Positions 22,377-34,425 of a stretch of 64,000 nt of DNA are shown here, one piece after another. The position numbers and the translations under genes are program-made. Position 1 is the stretch's first letter; the number at the start of each line of letters is the position of its first letter. Source of the DNA: the human T2T-CHM13v2.0 reference genome, Homo sapiens; the NCBI RefSeq assembly GCF_009914755.1, contig NC_060925.1. One strand, given 5' to 3'. The notes beneath the pieces are model-generated. The model was given only the letters and a program-made list of their open reading frames with translations, ran no database searches and was not told the DNA's origin.

Positions 22377-24397
22377 CTATACTGTAATCTTGTGTACTCC
22401 CTCTGCTGTTAAAGTTGCAGGTGTTGTGCCTTGGATCCACCACAGCTGGCTGAAACCGAAGCTCAGGACAAGTGGACCAGCCAGCAGGACCCAGATCACC
22501 CACCTGATCCTGAGATGAGACACAGCTGATCCTGAGATGAGACCAAGCTGATGCTAAAGATGACTGCCCTGCTCTGGTCACTCCAGAAGCTGACCAGTCT
22601 ACGTACAGCTGAAGGTTGAGGAGACAACAAGCCCTGCTCTAGTCACACACTGGAAGCTGACTAGTCTACGCACGGCCGAAGCTTGAGGACTCATCAAGCA
22701 AATAAACATAGTTAGAAATCTTAGGACTAGTAGTTTTCCTTGTAATACTGTTTTCCTATTGTTCACTGAAACCTCTGCTTCCTCAGTTCAAGCAATTCTC
22801 CTGCCTCAGCCTCCCAAGTAGCTGGGACTACAGGCACAACACCACACCCAGCTAATTCTTCTATTTTTACTAGAGATGAGGTTTCACCATATTGGCCAGG
22901 CTGGTCTCAAATTCCTAACCTCATGATCCACATGCCTCAGCCTCCCAAAGTCCTGGGATTACAGGTGTGAGCCACTGCGCCCAGCTGTCCTGCTTCTTTC
23001 TCAGTGGGGATCTGCTCCCCACACATTCTCCTCTGTGTTCCTCAGGCCACGAATATCTCTGAGGTCCATCAGTGTGAGGTCTCTTGCAGGTGCCATTCCT
23101 TCCTTTCTCTCAGGACTTTTTTTATTGGTGTGTCTCTGTGCCATAAGGAATGTGTGCCTGTGAAGAACAGGCTAGACTCTGCAGCAGGACACAGAGGCCC
23201 TGGAGAGGCAGACAGTGGAGCAAGCAGGGGCTGAAGTTACCTCGTTTTTACCCAAAGGAGGCTCCTAACCACTGTCGCCACTGACACAGTGGCTCCAATA
23301 AAAAGAAAATAGGGGATGACTCCACACATTTCCTTGAGCAGCTAGAAAAAAAAATCCCTGTTGATATTCATATTAGTACAGTACTTTTGGTAGTGTTAGC
23401 ACTTGTATTAGTAGTAGTACTAGTATTAGTGTCAATACCTACATTAGTATTAGTAGTGGTCTTGTTTAGCTGATGAAAGCTTGTTTCTCTCTCCTTCTGG
23501 GATAAAAACTCAAGACACCCTGGGGATCTCGAGTGCATGGACCAGGGAGTCTGAAGGAGTTTGTTCTTTGGATGTGAACCCATGGGAAGTGGGTGTGTAT
23601 TCTGTGGCCAAAGTCGCTGACCTCTTTGATTAGAGGAGACACAGGGGGCTAGCACCCACCCCCAGGCCTGTGCTTCCAGGAACACTTCTCTCTCTTTCCA
23701 TGTGTGTGCCTGAGAGGGTTCCTGGTCCTCACCCATCCCCATTGGCTCTTCTACAAGTGATGTGTCTACTGTACACCTACAGGTGACCTTGTGTAGAAAG
23801 AAATCCAAGAACACACATGGGGCCACATAGAGTGAGACTGCCTCCAGGCAGGCACAGGGACCCCGAGCTTCTGAGGCACTGTGAGCGCCTGAGACTGGGG
23901 CACTCTCATGGAGACAAATGCATGGGGCTTTAGAAAAGGCTGGGTTGGAGGGAGCAGAGGAGGGCATGGATGGAATGCAGGGGTCCCTGGAAGCTTCAGG
24001 CCAGAGGCACTTGGGAGTGGGGAAGGCATCATGGAGAAAAAGGTCAGGGCTCCTTCCATGCCCTGAGGTCACAGCGGGTCTCCCTCTCTCCCAGCTTCTC
24101 CCTGGGCTCTTGTGTCTGGGAGTCAGGGCTGGCTCAGCTGGGGTTCTTTGGTGAGTGGGAAGGACATAGGGCACTCAGCGTCTCAAGTGCAAATTTTAAC
24201 ATAATCCTCAATGAGAGGTTTCGCCCAGTAGCCTCCTGTCCACAGATCCCATGTCTTCTTGCTGGACTCCTGAGGGGGTTGCCCAGCCAGGGACACGAGG
24301 CGTTTTACTTTTCCCTGCCAAGTGAAAGACCATGTTAATCTGTGAGGCCAGCTCTGTCCTGGAGAGTTGTCACTTTCTAGGTGCTCACACCACACAC

Positions 24398-24400
<3 letters not shown>

Positions 24401-24466
<66 letters not shown>
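24401..24466. repeat. (TA)33 microsatellite
   Basis: Read directly from the sequence. Confidence 0.97.
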
Positions 24467-24474
<8 letters not shown>

Positions 24475-24489
24475 TACCATGAGGTCATT

Positions 24490-25920
24490 GACACTTACCA
24501 AGGGGGCGAACCAGGGATGTCAGGATCCACGGGGCCCCACCCAGGGGCTGCTGGGAAGGCACTTTTGTCCAAGGAGGTACCCCGGCCTGAACCTCCGCTG
24601 TTCCCTTTTTTTTTTCCTTCCACAGGTGCCTCTACCTCCCCTTTCAAGCCTTATCATCCTTTCTGGGCCTTCTTGCCCCATTGGGGTAAAACCGCGAGTG
24701 TGACATGCACCGTGGGTGAGCACCAGGGACGCCAGGATCACCAGGGCCCTGTGCAGGGTCTGCTGGGAGGGCACTTTCATCTGTGGGGGGACCCAGGCAC
24801 CCCTTCTCTGCCTCGCCATTTTTTTTCTTCCACAGGTGTCTCTACCTCCCCTTTCTAGCCTTATCTTCCATCCTGGGACTTCTTACCACTTTGGGGTGCC
24901 CCCCATGGGTGTGACATGCACCTTGGGTGTGAATCAGGGATGGAACTAACCCCGGAGCCCTGTGCAAGTGCTGCTGGGAAGGCACTTTAGTCCATGTGGG
25001 GACACAGGCCCCCCTCCTCTGCCGCACGTATTTTTTACCTTCCACTAGTGCCTGTTGCTGCTTTGGGTTTCCCCCCAGTGGGAGGGACAGGCATCGTTGG
25101 GGCGAACCAGGGACACCAGTATCCCCAGGACCAAGCTCAGGAGCTGCTGGGAAGTCACTTTCATCCATGGGGGGACCCATGCCCACCTCCTCTGCCGTGC
25201 CGTTTTTTATTCCTTCCACAGGTGCTTCTACTTTAAGCTTCAAGCCTTCTCTTCCATTCTGGGCCTTCTTGATGCTTTGGGGTGCCTCCCGCAGGTGCAA
25301 CACGCACTGTGGGTGTGAACCAGGGATGCCAGGATCCCCCGGGCCCTGTGCAGGGTCTGCTGGGAGGGCACTTTCATCCGTGGGTTGACCCAGGCCCCCC
25401 TTCTCGACTGCGCCATTTTTTTCCTTCCACAGGTGCCTCTACCTCCCCTTTCAAACCTTATCTTCCCTTCTGGGCTTTCTTGCCCCTTCCGGGTGCCCCC
25501 ACCACCATGACAGGCAACGTGGGTGTGATCCAGGGATGCCAGAAATCCCGGGGACTCCGTAGGGGCTGCTGGGAAGGCACATTCTTCTGTGGGGGGACCC
25601 AAGCACCCCTCCTCTACGGTGCCCATTTTTTTCCTCCACAGGTGCCTCTACCTCCCCTTTCACGTCTTGTCTTCCTTTCTGGGCTTGCTAGAAGCTTTGG
25701 GGTGCCCCCCATAGGTGCGATATGCAGCGTGGGTGTGAACCAGGGACGCCAGGATCCCTGGGGCCCAGTGCAGGGTCTGCTAGGAAGGGACTTTCGTCTG
25801 TGGGTGGACCCAGGCCCTCCATCTCAGCCCCACCATTTTTTTTTTTCCTTCCACAGGTTCCTCTACCTCCCCTTTATAGCATTAACTGCCATTATGGGCC
25901 TTCTTGGAAGTGCTGGGAAC
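24490..25920. repeat. Seven diverged ~210-bp GC-rich tandem monomers (gamma-satellite/GSAT-like)
   Basis: CAGGGA.GCCAGGATC..GCTGGGA.GGCACTTT recurs at about 24511, 24723, 24934, 25108, 25320, 25530 and 25740. The family name is from recall. Confidence 0.8.
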
Positions 25921-25929
25921 TGCAGAACC

Positions 25930-27000
25930 ACAAAAAGGGAATCACAGCCCTGGCTCAGGAAGCTCCCACGTCTGGGCTCCTGAAAAGAGTAGTAGCTCTT
26001 CTCTTTTTCTCTTCACCTACAACTTGGTGAGCAAGGGGCATGTTTCAGCTTTGTTTGTGTTACTGCTTTTAGCCCCACCATTAGGCGGGTCTTGTCCTGC
26101 AACCAGGAAGAATGAAATATGCAGACAAGTGGAGAGTGAGCAAGATAAAGAGGACCTTTATTGAGCAATAGAATGGGGAAGGGGGGACCTCCTGGGCCCT
26201 CGAGAGCACTAGGGGACCTTGTTTGGTAACTGCAACCTGGGCAGCTTCAGTTGTGCCTTTGGAGCTACGGCCCTGCCGACTTGGGAGGACCAGGACTCCC
26301 TCTTGTCCCAGGATCCCATCAGCTCCAAAGTGTGCACAGCCTCAGCTTTGCCCTCTCTCTGTTTCCGTGCAGAGGTGACAGGTGAGATGCAGGTTCACAG
26401 CAGCTCTGGTCAACCCCACAGAAACAAATCTGAAGCTCCTGGGTCCGGTTTAATGAGCCCCAACTGCGCTCTGATCCAGGAGTTTGCAGGCTAACAGCAC
26501 AAAGTGGGGAGTGAGGTCGAGGCTGTGGTGGAGACTGCGGACCTAGGGGCAAGTCCCGTTTAGCCGTGAGAGGGTATGGGTGGCACAGTTGGCTGCCTCA
26601 GGGACATGGGGCACAGGCCTGGCTGACAACCCAGCCAAGAGGTGGTGCCTTTAGGAGTGGATCGTGGTCCACAGGCCCAGCAATCGGAAGCATCAGGCTC
26701 TGTGTTCACCCCTCTTGGGGGCAGATCTTGGAAATGCAGCCTCAGGAAGATTCACACAGAACTCCTTTTTAGACCTAGGAACTTGATACTATTAGCAGGG
26801 TGGGCACACAGTTGATGCATAGCTGGCCAGGTCATTGAACTTGGTGCCATTTCTGCTTCCCAACTCGGGGCCCTGGAGCATGGCCCCAGCTCTGCCTTTG
26901 GAACCTGACAACCACACTTCATGTGCAAGCACGGCACCACCCCAAGCCCATCTTCTCCTCATGGCCTCTTTCTGCCTGTGCCTTTGTGCCCGACCGAGCT
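25930..27000. mobile_element. MER52-like LTR remnant
   Basis: CCAGGAAGAATGA..TATGCAGACAAGTGGAG.GTGAGCAAG...TTTATTGAGC resembles MER52. Confidence 0.55.
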
Positions 27001-28040
27001 GCTCCCCACAGTCGAAAAAGTATGAAAAAACAGATGACTAAAGAGAAGTAAAGGATGGGTGCAGACCATTCGCACACCTGTAATCCCAGCACTTTGGGAG
27101 GCCAAGGTTGGCGGATCACTCAAAGCCAGGAACTCAAGACCAGCCTGGTGAACAGGGTAAAACCCTGTCTCTACGAAAAATACAAAAATTAGCAGGCTTG
27201 GTGGCACGTGCCTGTACTCCCAGCTACTTGAGTGGTTGAGGCACGAGAATCACTTGAGCCCCACAGGAAAGGATTCCAGTGATCCCAGATTGCACCACTA
27301 CACTCCAGCCTGAATGACAAAGCAATATTTTTGTCTCCAAAAATAAAAAAATAAATAATGAAATAAAAGAACAAGAATGGGTGGGAATTACTCAAAATGG
27401 TCTAATTTTATTTGGCTGCTATGATGTTCCGCAGCTGAACCTCAATCACAGACAAACTAGTGCCTCGTTATTTTTCCATCAGTAACTCAATAACTAGAGA
27501 TTTCTGATGTATAAATCCCTAAAACAAGTAAATCTATTACAGAGGACACCAGAAGGTTTTCACTGAGGTTCTCTATTTCTGATATTTCTTGGTAATCATC
27601 CTTGCAGGGATAACATTCTCATCACTGAAGAATTTTAGTTTCTCTTTCTGACTCTGTAGCTCTCATTGACTCCACCTCAATATTTTCCTCAAGTCTTGCC
27701 CCCTGCTCTTAGGATTTTTTCCCTCGCACTGAGCACCTGTCTGAAACAGAGCTCTGTGCTTCCTTTAAGTTGCACATGTGGCCTGGGCACAGTCGCTCAT
27801 GCCTGTAATCCCAGCACTTTAGAAGGCCGAGGCAGGAGAATCCCATGCGACCAGCAGTTTGAGACCTGCTGGGGCAACATAGTGAAACACTTTCTCAATT
27901 TTTTTGTAATAAAAATATTGGAATTATTAAAAAAGGAAATAAGAAAAGAGGAAAATAACTTGCACCTACATACTAGATTTTAGTGTCCAAGGGCCTAGAA
28001 GAGAACATTGGATTTCTCTACCCCGCTAGGCACGCCTTCC

Positions 28041-30839
28041 CTAGCAGCAAAGATGGAGCTCCAGTTCCTCAGACGGTGATGAGCCACAGGACGGGCAGGG
28101 GGCGGGGCCAATGAAGATCCTCTTGGGCTGCCTGACTTCCCTTAGTGTACACATCAACTAAGCCCGAAGTGGGGTGAAGATCTCCCAATCGACATGAACC
28201 AAGGAATTCAAACTCTCCTCGGGGGCAGGATACATCTCCAGGCTTAACTTGCTCAGCCCACTGGTGTGGCACAGCAGGTCCTTCAGGGCTTCCATAGACA
28301 TGCAATTTCTGCCAAAGTAGAAGGTGGTGAGCTGGGAGCAGCGGCTCAGGCCAGGCAGGATGGCACTGAGTTGGGAGTAGTGGATCTGACAGCCCTCCGA
28401 GATGAGGGTCTTAAGAGTAATTGCTGCCTCTCTCGAGACCCTCGTGTTGGCAGAAACTTTCTCCAGCAGAGCTCCGAGGGGTTCAAGACTGATACAGAAC
28501 TGCAGCATGTAGCTGAGATTCAGATGCTTTGGGTAAGCGAGGCTTGGGTACTGGTAGAGACACTTCAAGTCCTCTTCCAATAGGTAGCCGCAAGTTAATT
28601 CCAAGTTCTCCAAGGGGTTCTAGAGGCACCTGTGGAGATCAAGAAGTTAGTTCTGGGCAATGGTACCAGTTAGATGAAGGTAGTGGGGAATGAACTCAAG
28701 GAAAATACCTGCTTCAACCAAACACAAGTTTGTTCCCACCATCTGATGATGGTCCTCATGCAAGTTGCTGCATGTTGAGGACCCTGATCATTCAGGGGCT
28801 GTCCCATTTTAGCCTCAGCCCTTTCACCATTTCTTGTGTGATTGGGTCAAGGCCACAAAATCTCTAAAGCCTTTTATCTTCATCTTTTAGCAGAAAACCT
28901 CATCTCTGGGCCACAGGTACCCGGTGGGAGATGTGCACAAAGAACTCAACTCAGCAAGGTCTAGGGACATTAGCTGGGGCTACCTGCCGGCAGGGGCTCC
29001 CTGGCCTGCCTGCATCTGCAAACCAACTGTCACTTTTTACCACTCTCACTCCTACTCCTTCACCCTCCATCCCAGAAGCATGCATGTCCCATGTCAATTG
29101 ACTTTCCTGGAGTTCAAAACAACCTTCTACAGACAGGGAATCAGAGACAGGATCATTCATGATCACTAAGCTGGTGAGGACAGAGCTTCTACTGTGAAAT
29201 GCACAAGTTTGATGCACTGTCCCTCCTTTCATACCCTCCTTTGTTACCTCTTTTACATCATATCAACTTGAAACACACTTTGTAACAAGAAATTCACACG
29301 TGCACATGCAGTAGAGACAAAACGCCCACTAAGTACCTTGTACATGATGTCCCTCTCTAGCCTCTACCCTAGGTGACCCCTCTGCCTTTATTGAAGTGAT
29401 CCTGTGATAGCCACTCCAGGACATGGAGCACTGAACGGGACAATGTGTTGACATTCTGGTGTTCCCTGCACTGTGCCGTCGCCACTGGCTGGCACACAGT
29501 ACACGTCTTCTAGTGTTTACTGTAACAAAAAAAAAAGGCTGCGCTGTGGTCTGCAGAGAAAGGGCACGATCCTTTCTCACCTGATCAGCTGTCCCAGGTG
29601 CCCTCTGTGGAAGGTGACCATATTCATTTTAAGCAGCTGGAGGTGTTTCAGCCTGAGGAACATAGAGCTGATTTTGGCGACTGAGCATTCCTCGCGGTAA
29701 TTGACGTGTAAGGATGGCACCTGGAGAAAAATGAGTTTGCGAAGATTCTTCATCTCCTTCAGGTAACAATGAAGCTTTCTTATCAGATGTGGCCAGGACA
29801 CATAGCAAATTTCCAGCTCCTGAATACTATTCAGGTGGATTATTTTCAATGATCTTCTGAGATATTCAATCGACGTTAGATAATTCACCAACTTACTACA
29901 GCACAGGTGTACTAAACCTCTCCTTTGGTAAACCCACCGGAAGAGGTATCTCAGGCATTCATCCTGGGGTATTTCCTTGAGGCAGATGTCTATGAACACC
30001 TTCAAGGGCTGGTGCTCTCCCATCCTTGGACAGTCCTCTGCTGTCTGCCTCTTACTCATGGCCTCTGGGGAGGAGGACAGGGCCCTGGATTCAGACCATA
30101 TGGCCCAGAAATTCTCATCAACATCCCGCAAATCCAGCACTTGAAGTTTCCACCTCCTGTGGGTAAAGTAAGGCAGAGGCTCAGAACTTTGAAGGACAAA
30201 TCCCTGACCTTTGCTTTCATTCTCATCCAATAAATCAGCTGCTCCTGTCCTCGCTGCTCCCTGTTCTCTCTGAGTTTTCTTGGTCCCTTTTCTCTTTCAA
30301 TTCTGACTGGTCCCCACTTCTATTCCATTTACCTTCCACTGGGAATAGGCAAGTTTCTGTTCCCACAGTGGACCCTACATTGTGGGCAGTTCTTTCCCTG
30401 AGGATCTGGGCAATGGCCAAGGCATGCCTGAGCTTCGTCACCAGCACCACCAGAAGACACTGGGCCATCCTTGGGATACTTCTTTGCCTGACCCTGCTGT
30501 TCTTTCCCTGGACACCTGAGCCCCATCTACCAGCCTTCCTGGGTCACCTCACCTGGGGCGATCCTTCTGTGTAAGCAGCATGTGAAGCCCTTCCAGCAAT
30601 GCTTTTAAGGTCTCCAGATGAAGCGTCTTCATCAGCGATCCCAGAGGGAGGCGGGTGAAGGGCCAGGCCTGCACCATCACTGTCAGAGTCTGGAAGTGTC
30701 TCCTGCTGAAGGCCTCCAGGAAGAGTGGGAGGTAGAGCTCCCTGGGCAGCTCCTCCAGGGCAGAGATGGCCAAGGGCTTGTCTCTCAGCAGACTCTGCCC
30801 CGCCAGCTCCAGGAGTCTGGGTGGGGCCTGGATGCTCAT
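28041..30839 (-). pseudogene. PRAMEF1/2-type pseudogene; exons 30849-30553, 30156-29581, 28629-28041
   Basis: [18 protein letters not shown]...; splice sites intact. Premature TAG at 28620-22 (RCL*NPLE), a second TAG at 28158-60 and a 30-nt insertion. Ancestral end ELELHLCC* at 28041. Confidence 0.9.
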
Positions 30840-31575
30840 CCTGATGAATCTGTAAGGAAAAACTCTAGAAGACAAATCCAGAGAAAAGGCATCACTTTCA
30901 GGCCAAACACAATCACCTCATCTTCTCCTAAGGCCAATAGCATTGCTCTGGTAGAGGTAGAAAAATTACCACTTTACCCCAATTCCACTCTGCACTTGGT
31001 GGCCACAAATCTATATTTCTGCTTCTGCTGGTACCAGGAAGAATGTCTTCCAAACACCAAGGAGGGAGGGGTCAAAGAGACCACTGGCCCATTAATTTTC
31101 ATCCATGGCTCCACTGAATCCCAGTACCACTGGAAAGTGTCACTGAGGATCCTGAAAGCCAAGCTCTACCTCTTTGAGGAAAATTTTCTTGTCACTTACC
31201 GCCCTAAAGCAATGAGAATGAGAGTGTCCTGTGGCCCCAGACAGCCTCCATTCTCAGTTTTCACCATGAACATGCTGGGGGAACACTAAAGGGACTCCCT
31301 AAAGTCAATGCCATTATTTTTTATTTTGAAAAATTTCAACCAGAAACTGACCGGGTGCTGTGGCTCATGTCTGTAATCCCAGCACTGTGGGAGGCCAAAA
31401 CAGGCAGATCACTTGAGGTTAGGAGTTCGAGAACAGCCTGGCTTACGTAATGAACTCTGTCTCTACTAAATATAAAAAAATTAAAAATCATTTGACTCCA
31501 AAAGGCAGAGGTTGCAGTGAGCCGAGATCCCACCACTGCACTCCAGTCTGGACAAAAGAGTTAGACTCTGTCTCA

Positions 31576-31611
<36 letters not shown>

Positions 31612-32505
31612 TAATTAATTAAAATGTTAGCCAGGTGTGGTGGTGCAGTCCTATAATCCTAGCTACTCTGGAGGCAGAGGAAGAAGAATCACTTGAATCC
31701 CGGAGGCAGTGTTTTCAGTGAGCTGAACTCAACACCCTGCCCTTCAGCCTGGGTGACAGAGTGAGACTCCATCTCAGAACAAGAGAAAAGAATTAACCAG
31801 AAACTAAAAGCGACGTGATGGTATTCTAGAGCATTTGGAAGGTAGGGATAGAAATACTAACTCTAGATGAGGCACAGTGGCTCACTCCTGTAATCCCAGC
31901 ACTTTGGGAGTCCAAGGTGTGTGTTTTTATTTTGAAAAACTGTAAGAGAAATTATAAAAGCAGTGTTGCAGTAGTCTAGAGCACTTGGAAGGTAGAAATG
32001 GAAACACTAAGTCTGAGGAGAAGGATCCAATACACATCCCTTCCACATACTCACAATCACACACTTAGGGACAGAGTCTAAGGGAAGAGATAAATCCCAG
32101 GTTCGGAACAAGTCTCTTGAGAATGGTGTACGGGAGATCTAAGATTTCTGTAAAATGAAAGCCTGACTAATAAAATCACAATACCGCTAAGTGTGTGAAC
32201 TATAGCTGACAGGCACAGAAACCAACAACTTCACATGTCAAGACATAAACATCCATCCAACTGTAAATTTTTAATATTTTTTTTTTTAAAAACTGCTTCA
32301 ATAAGAATTTTGAAATGAGGAAAATGAAGCACAAATCAAAATTTGAGGGATGAAGTCAAAACTATATTTGGAGGAAAAATCAAAACCTACATCTGTTTAA
32401 TCTGAAAAAACAGACAGGAAATTCTCTGTGCCATTTTGGGCTGTGTGTCACCATCCCTGACTGGCTGGCTGCAGATTAGACGGGCATGTTCCTAAGAAGG
32501 TGGTG

Positions 32506-33300
32506 ACTTACCAGATCTGGACTCAGTTTGCAGGGTGCTGGGACCTCTCAGAGAACCAAGCAGTAGCTCCAGGCACCAGGGCTTTGGGTCTGTCCTGTGC
32601 AAACTCAGGAGCTTTTGTTGATGTTTCTAACCACACCCTCCCCTTCTCAATCACCAGCTTCCAATCAGAAAGTGATACCTGATTAGATCCTGAAGTTCCA
32701 CCCAGTTAATCCTGATTGAGTTTCACACTTTCTTCTGATTCATTGATTAAATTAGATGTGCATTTATGAAAGTGAAAGAATAAATAACAGGGTGAAAGTC
32801 CAAAAGTCATTAATTCATTTATTCCCCAAACACTGATGAAGTTTGACTAACATGTGACCTTCATAGTGACATGGAAGGTTTAATCTGTTCCTGGCATTAG
32901 AAAGAAAAAACAAAACCTGATGATATCTTTATGGGAGAATATTTGGCCACATTGAAATTATCCAAACGTTTCAGAGCTAAGACAGCTTTAAAAAGACGGT
33001 GATGTCAACCCTAAGAAAACAGAATACAAAGCTCTGTTATCCAACAGTTACCTGGGTTTTATGCTTCCTAACGGGGCAGGTCATATGTGGGTTCAGGTTG
33101 AAGAGGGGAACCACTGAGGGTGTTATTGATCACAAGACTAAGGTCAAGGCTTCACTGCAGGAAATCAGGACAGAATGACAAAGTGAGGTGGGGGCTGGGC
33201 AGGATGGGACCGGGTGTTCTAGTAGAACCCTGGGAAGGAACCAAGACAGCATAAAACATGGTGGGTATTTTGTGGGCATCTCCACAGAAGGATTGAAAGA
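32506..33300 (-). promoter_or_regulatory. Promoter/exon 1 of the minus-strand pseudogene; DUX4 site at 32744-32754
   Basis: Donor CTG|GTAAGT (exon ends at 32512); TAATTTAATCA on the minus strand. Confidence 0.7.
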
Positions 33301-34169
33301 CTCTGTCTGGATTGAGTTTAAAAATTAAAAAGGGAATAGTTACAGAAGAGACAGTGCAGACTCTTCAAACACAACATTGTCTTTGAGGGCAGAGAAGGCA
33401 GAAACAGTCTTGGCCCCTACTAGAAGGGAAAGCGTGTTTACTCCCAAAAATGATGGGCTCGCCTCAGAAAATCAGCCTGGGAAGATGGAATCTGAGAATC
33501 TGAGCTGGGGCAGATGCCAGAGAGAAGCAGTGTGGCCAGACCTGGGAAGGGAGACTTTCCCAACCTGGAAGCCATCGAAGGTGGGAGCTGTGGGTTTTGC
33601 AGGATGTGGGAGAAAGTGAACAAGGGTCCAAGTCTCTGTCATGGTGCTATGGTCTGGAAACCTTTCTTTTAGACTCAGGGATCTTCCCACAGTGGGACAT
33701 TTCCCAGCAACCCTCACCCACAGGTGTTTCCCAGGGCCCCTCATCCTCATCAATACCCTCGTGCCATTCCCCAGCATATTTTGATAATTAATGTTCTGCC
33801 ATCCTTAAAGTCCTCCCTTGTCCCTGATATTGAACAGAGAGATTCTGATTAAAGTGATACCATTAGGTATACAAAGAAAACTCAGGCCATGTGTGGTGGC
33901 TCATATCTCTAATTTCAGCACTTTGGGAGGCCAAGGCAGATAGATTACTTGAGCGCAGGAGTTTGAGACCTGCCTGGGCAACATGGAAAATTCTGTCTAT
34001 AAAAACTATATACGAAAAATTAGCCAGGCATGGTGGTGTGCACCTGTAGTCCCAGCTGCCCAAGAAGTTTAGATGCGAGGATCACCTGAGCCCAGGAGGT
34101 TGAGACTGCAGTGAGCCATCATTGTGCCACTGCACTCCAGCCTGCTCAACAGAATGAAACCTTGCCTCA

Positions 34170-34346
34170 AAAAAAAGGAAGGAAAGAAGGAAGGAAGGGA
34201 GGGAGGGAGGGAGGGAGGGGAGAGAAAAAGACAGAAGGAAACAGAAAGAAAGGTGGAAAGAAAGAAAAAGAAAGAAGAAAGAAAGTAAGAAAAAGAAAGA
34301 AAGAAAGAAAAAGAAGGAAAGAAGGAAGGAAAGAAAAAGAAAGAAA

Positions 34347-34419
<73 letters not shown>

Positions 34420-34425
34420 AAAAGA
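34170..34425. repeat. (AAAG)n/GA-rich microsatellite at an Alu tail; mirror copy at 58125-58372
   Basis: The pure run is 70 nt here and 62 nt in the mirror arm. Confidence 0.92.

Larger units (their letters stand above)
17527..22765 (+). mobile_element. Deleted ERV1 (gamma-like) provirus: 5' LTR about 17527-18114, Arg-tRNA-like PBS 18118-18135, gag about 18900-19818, pol about 19927-22560, no 3' LTR
   Basis: PBS TGGTGAGCCAGACAGGAG; MA-like WPSFGVGWP..GHPDQFPYI; CA-like DLLNWKHHTPSY..THNPTWPDC; RT thumb LGAAGFC; RNase H and integrase (TFSGWVEAFPT, LHTAYQPQSS). Many stops and frameshifts. Confidence 0.88.

Noticed and set aside
18900-22560. ERV gag/pol as functional genes
   Set aside because: Multiple stops and frameshifts, a large deletion and an Alu insertion.
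23368-24174. 268-aa minus-strand ORF ending in a Thr-rich run
   Set aside because: No recognisable domain; the Thr run comes from TAG/TAT low-complexity sequence.
24183-24858. ORFs with (YI)n runs
   Set aside because: They are translations of the (TA)n microsatellite.
24490-25920. CRISPR-like periodicity and ORFs up to 233 aa in the array
   Set aside because: This is a eukaryotic tandem satellite with no unique spacers or cas genes; the ORFs are GC-rich artefacts.
30618-31289. 223-aa ORF (mirror at 61252-61923) and the ORFs at 6273-6927
   Set aside because: Antisense shadows of PRAMEF exon and intron sequence, with no independent gene signals.
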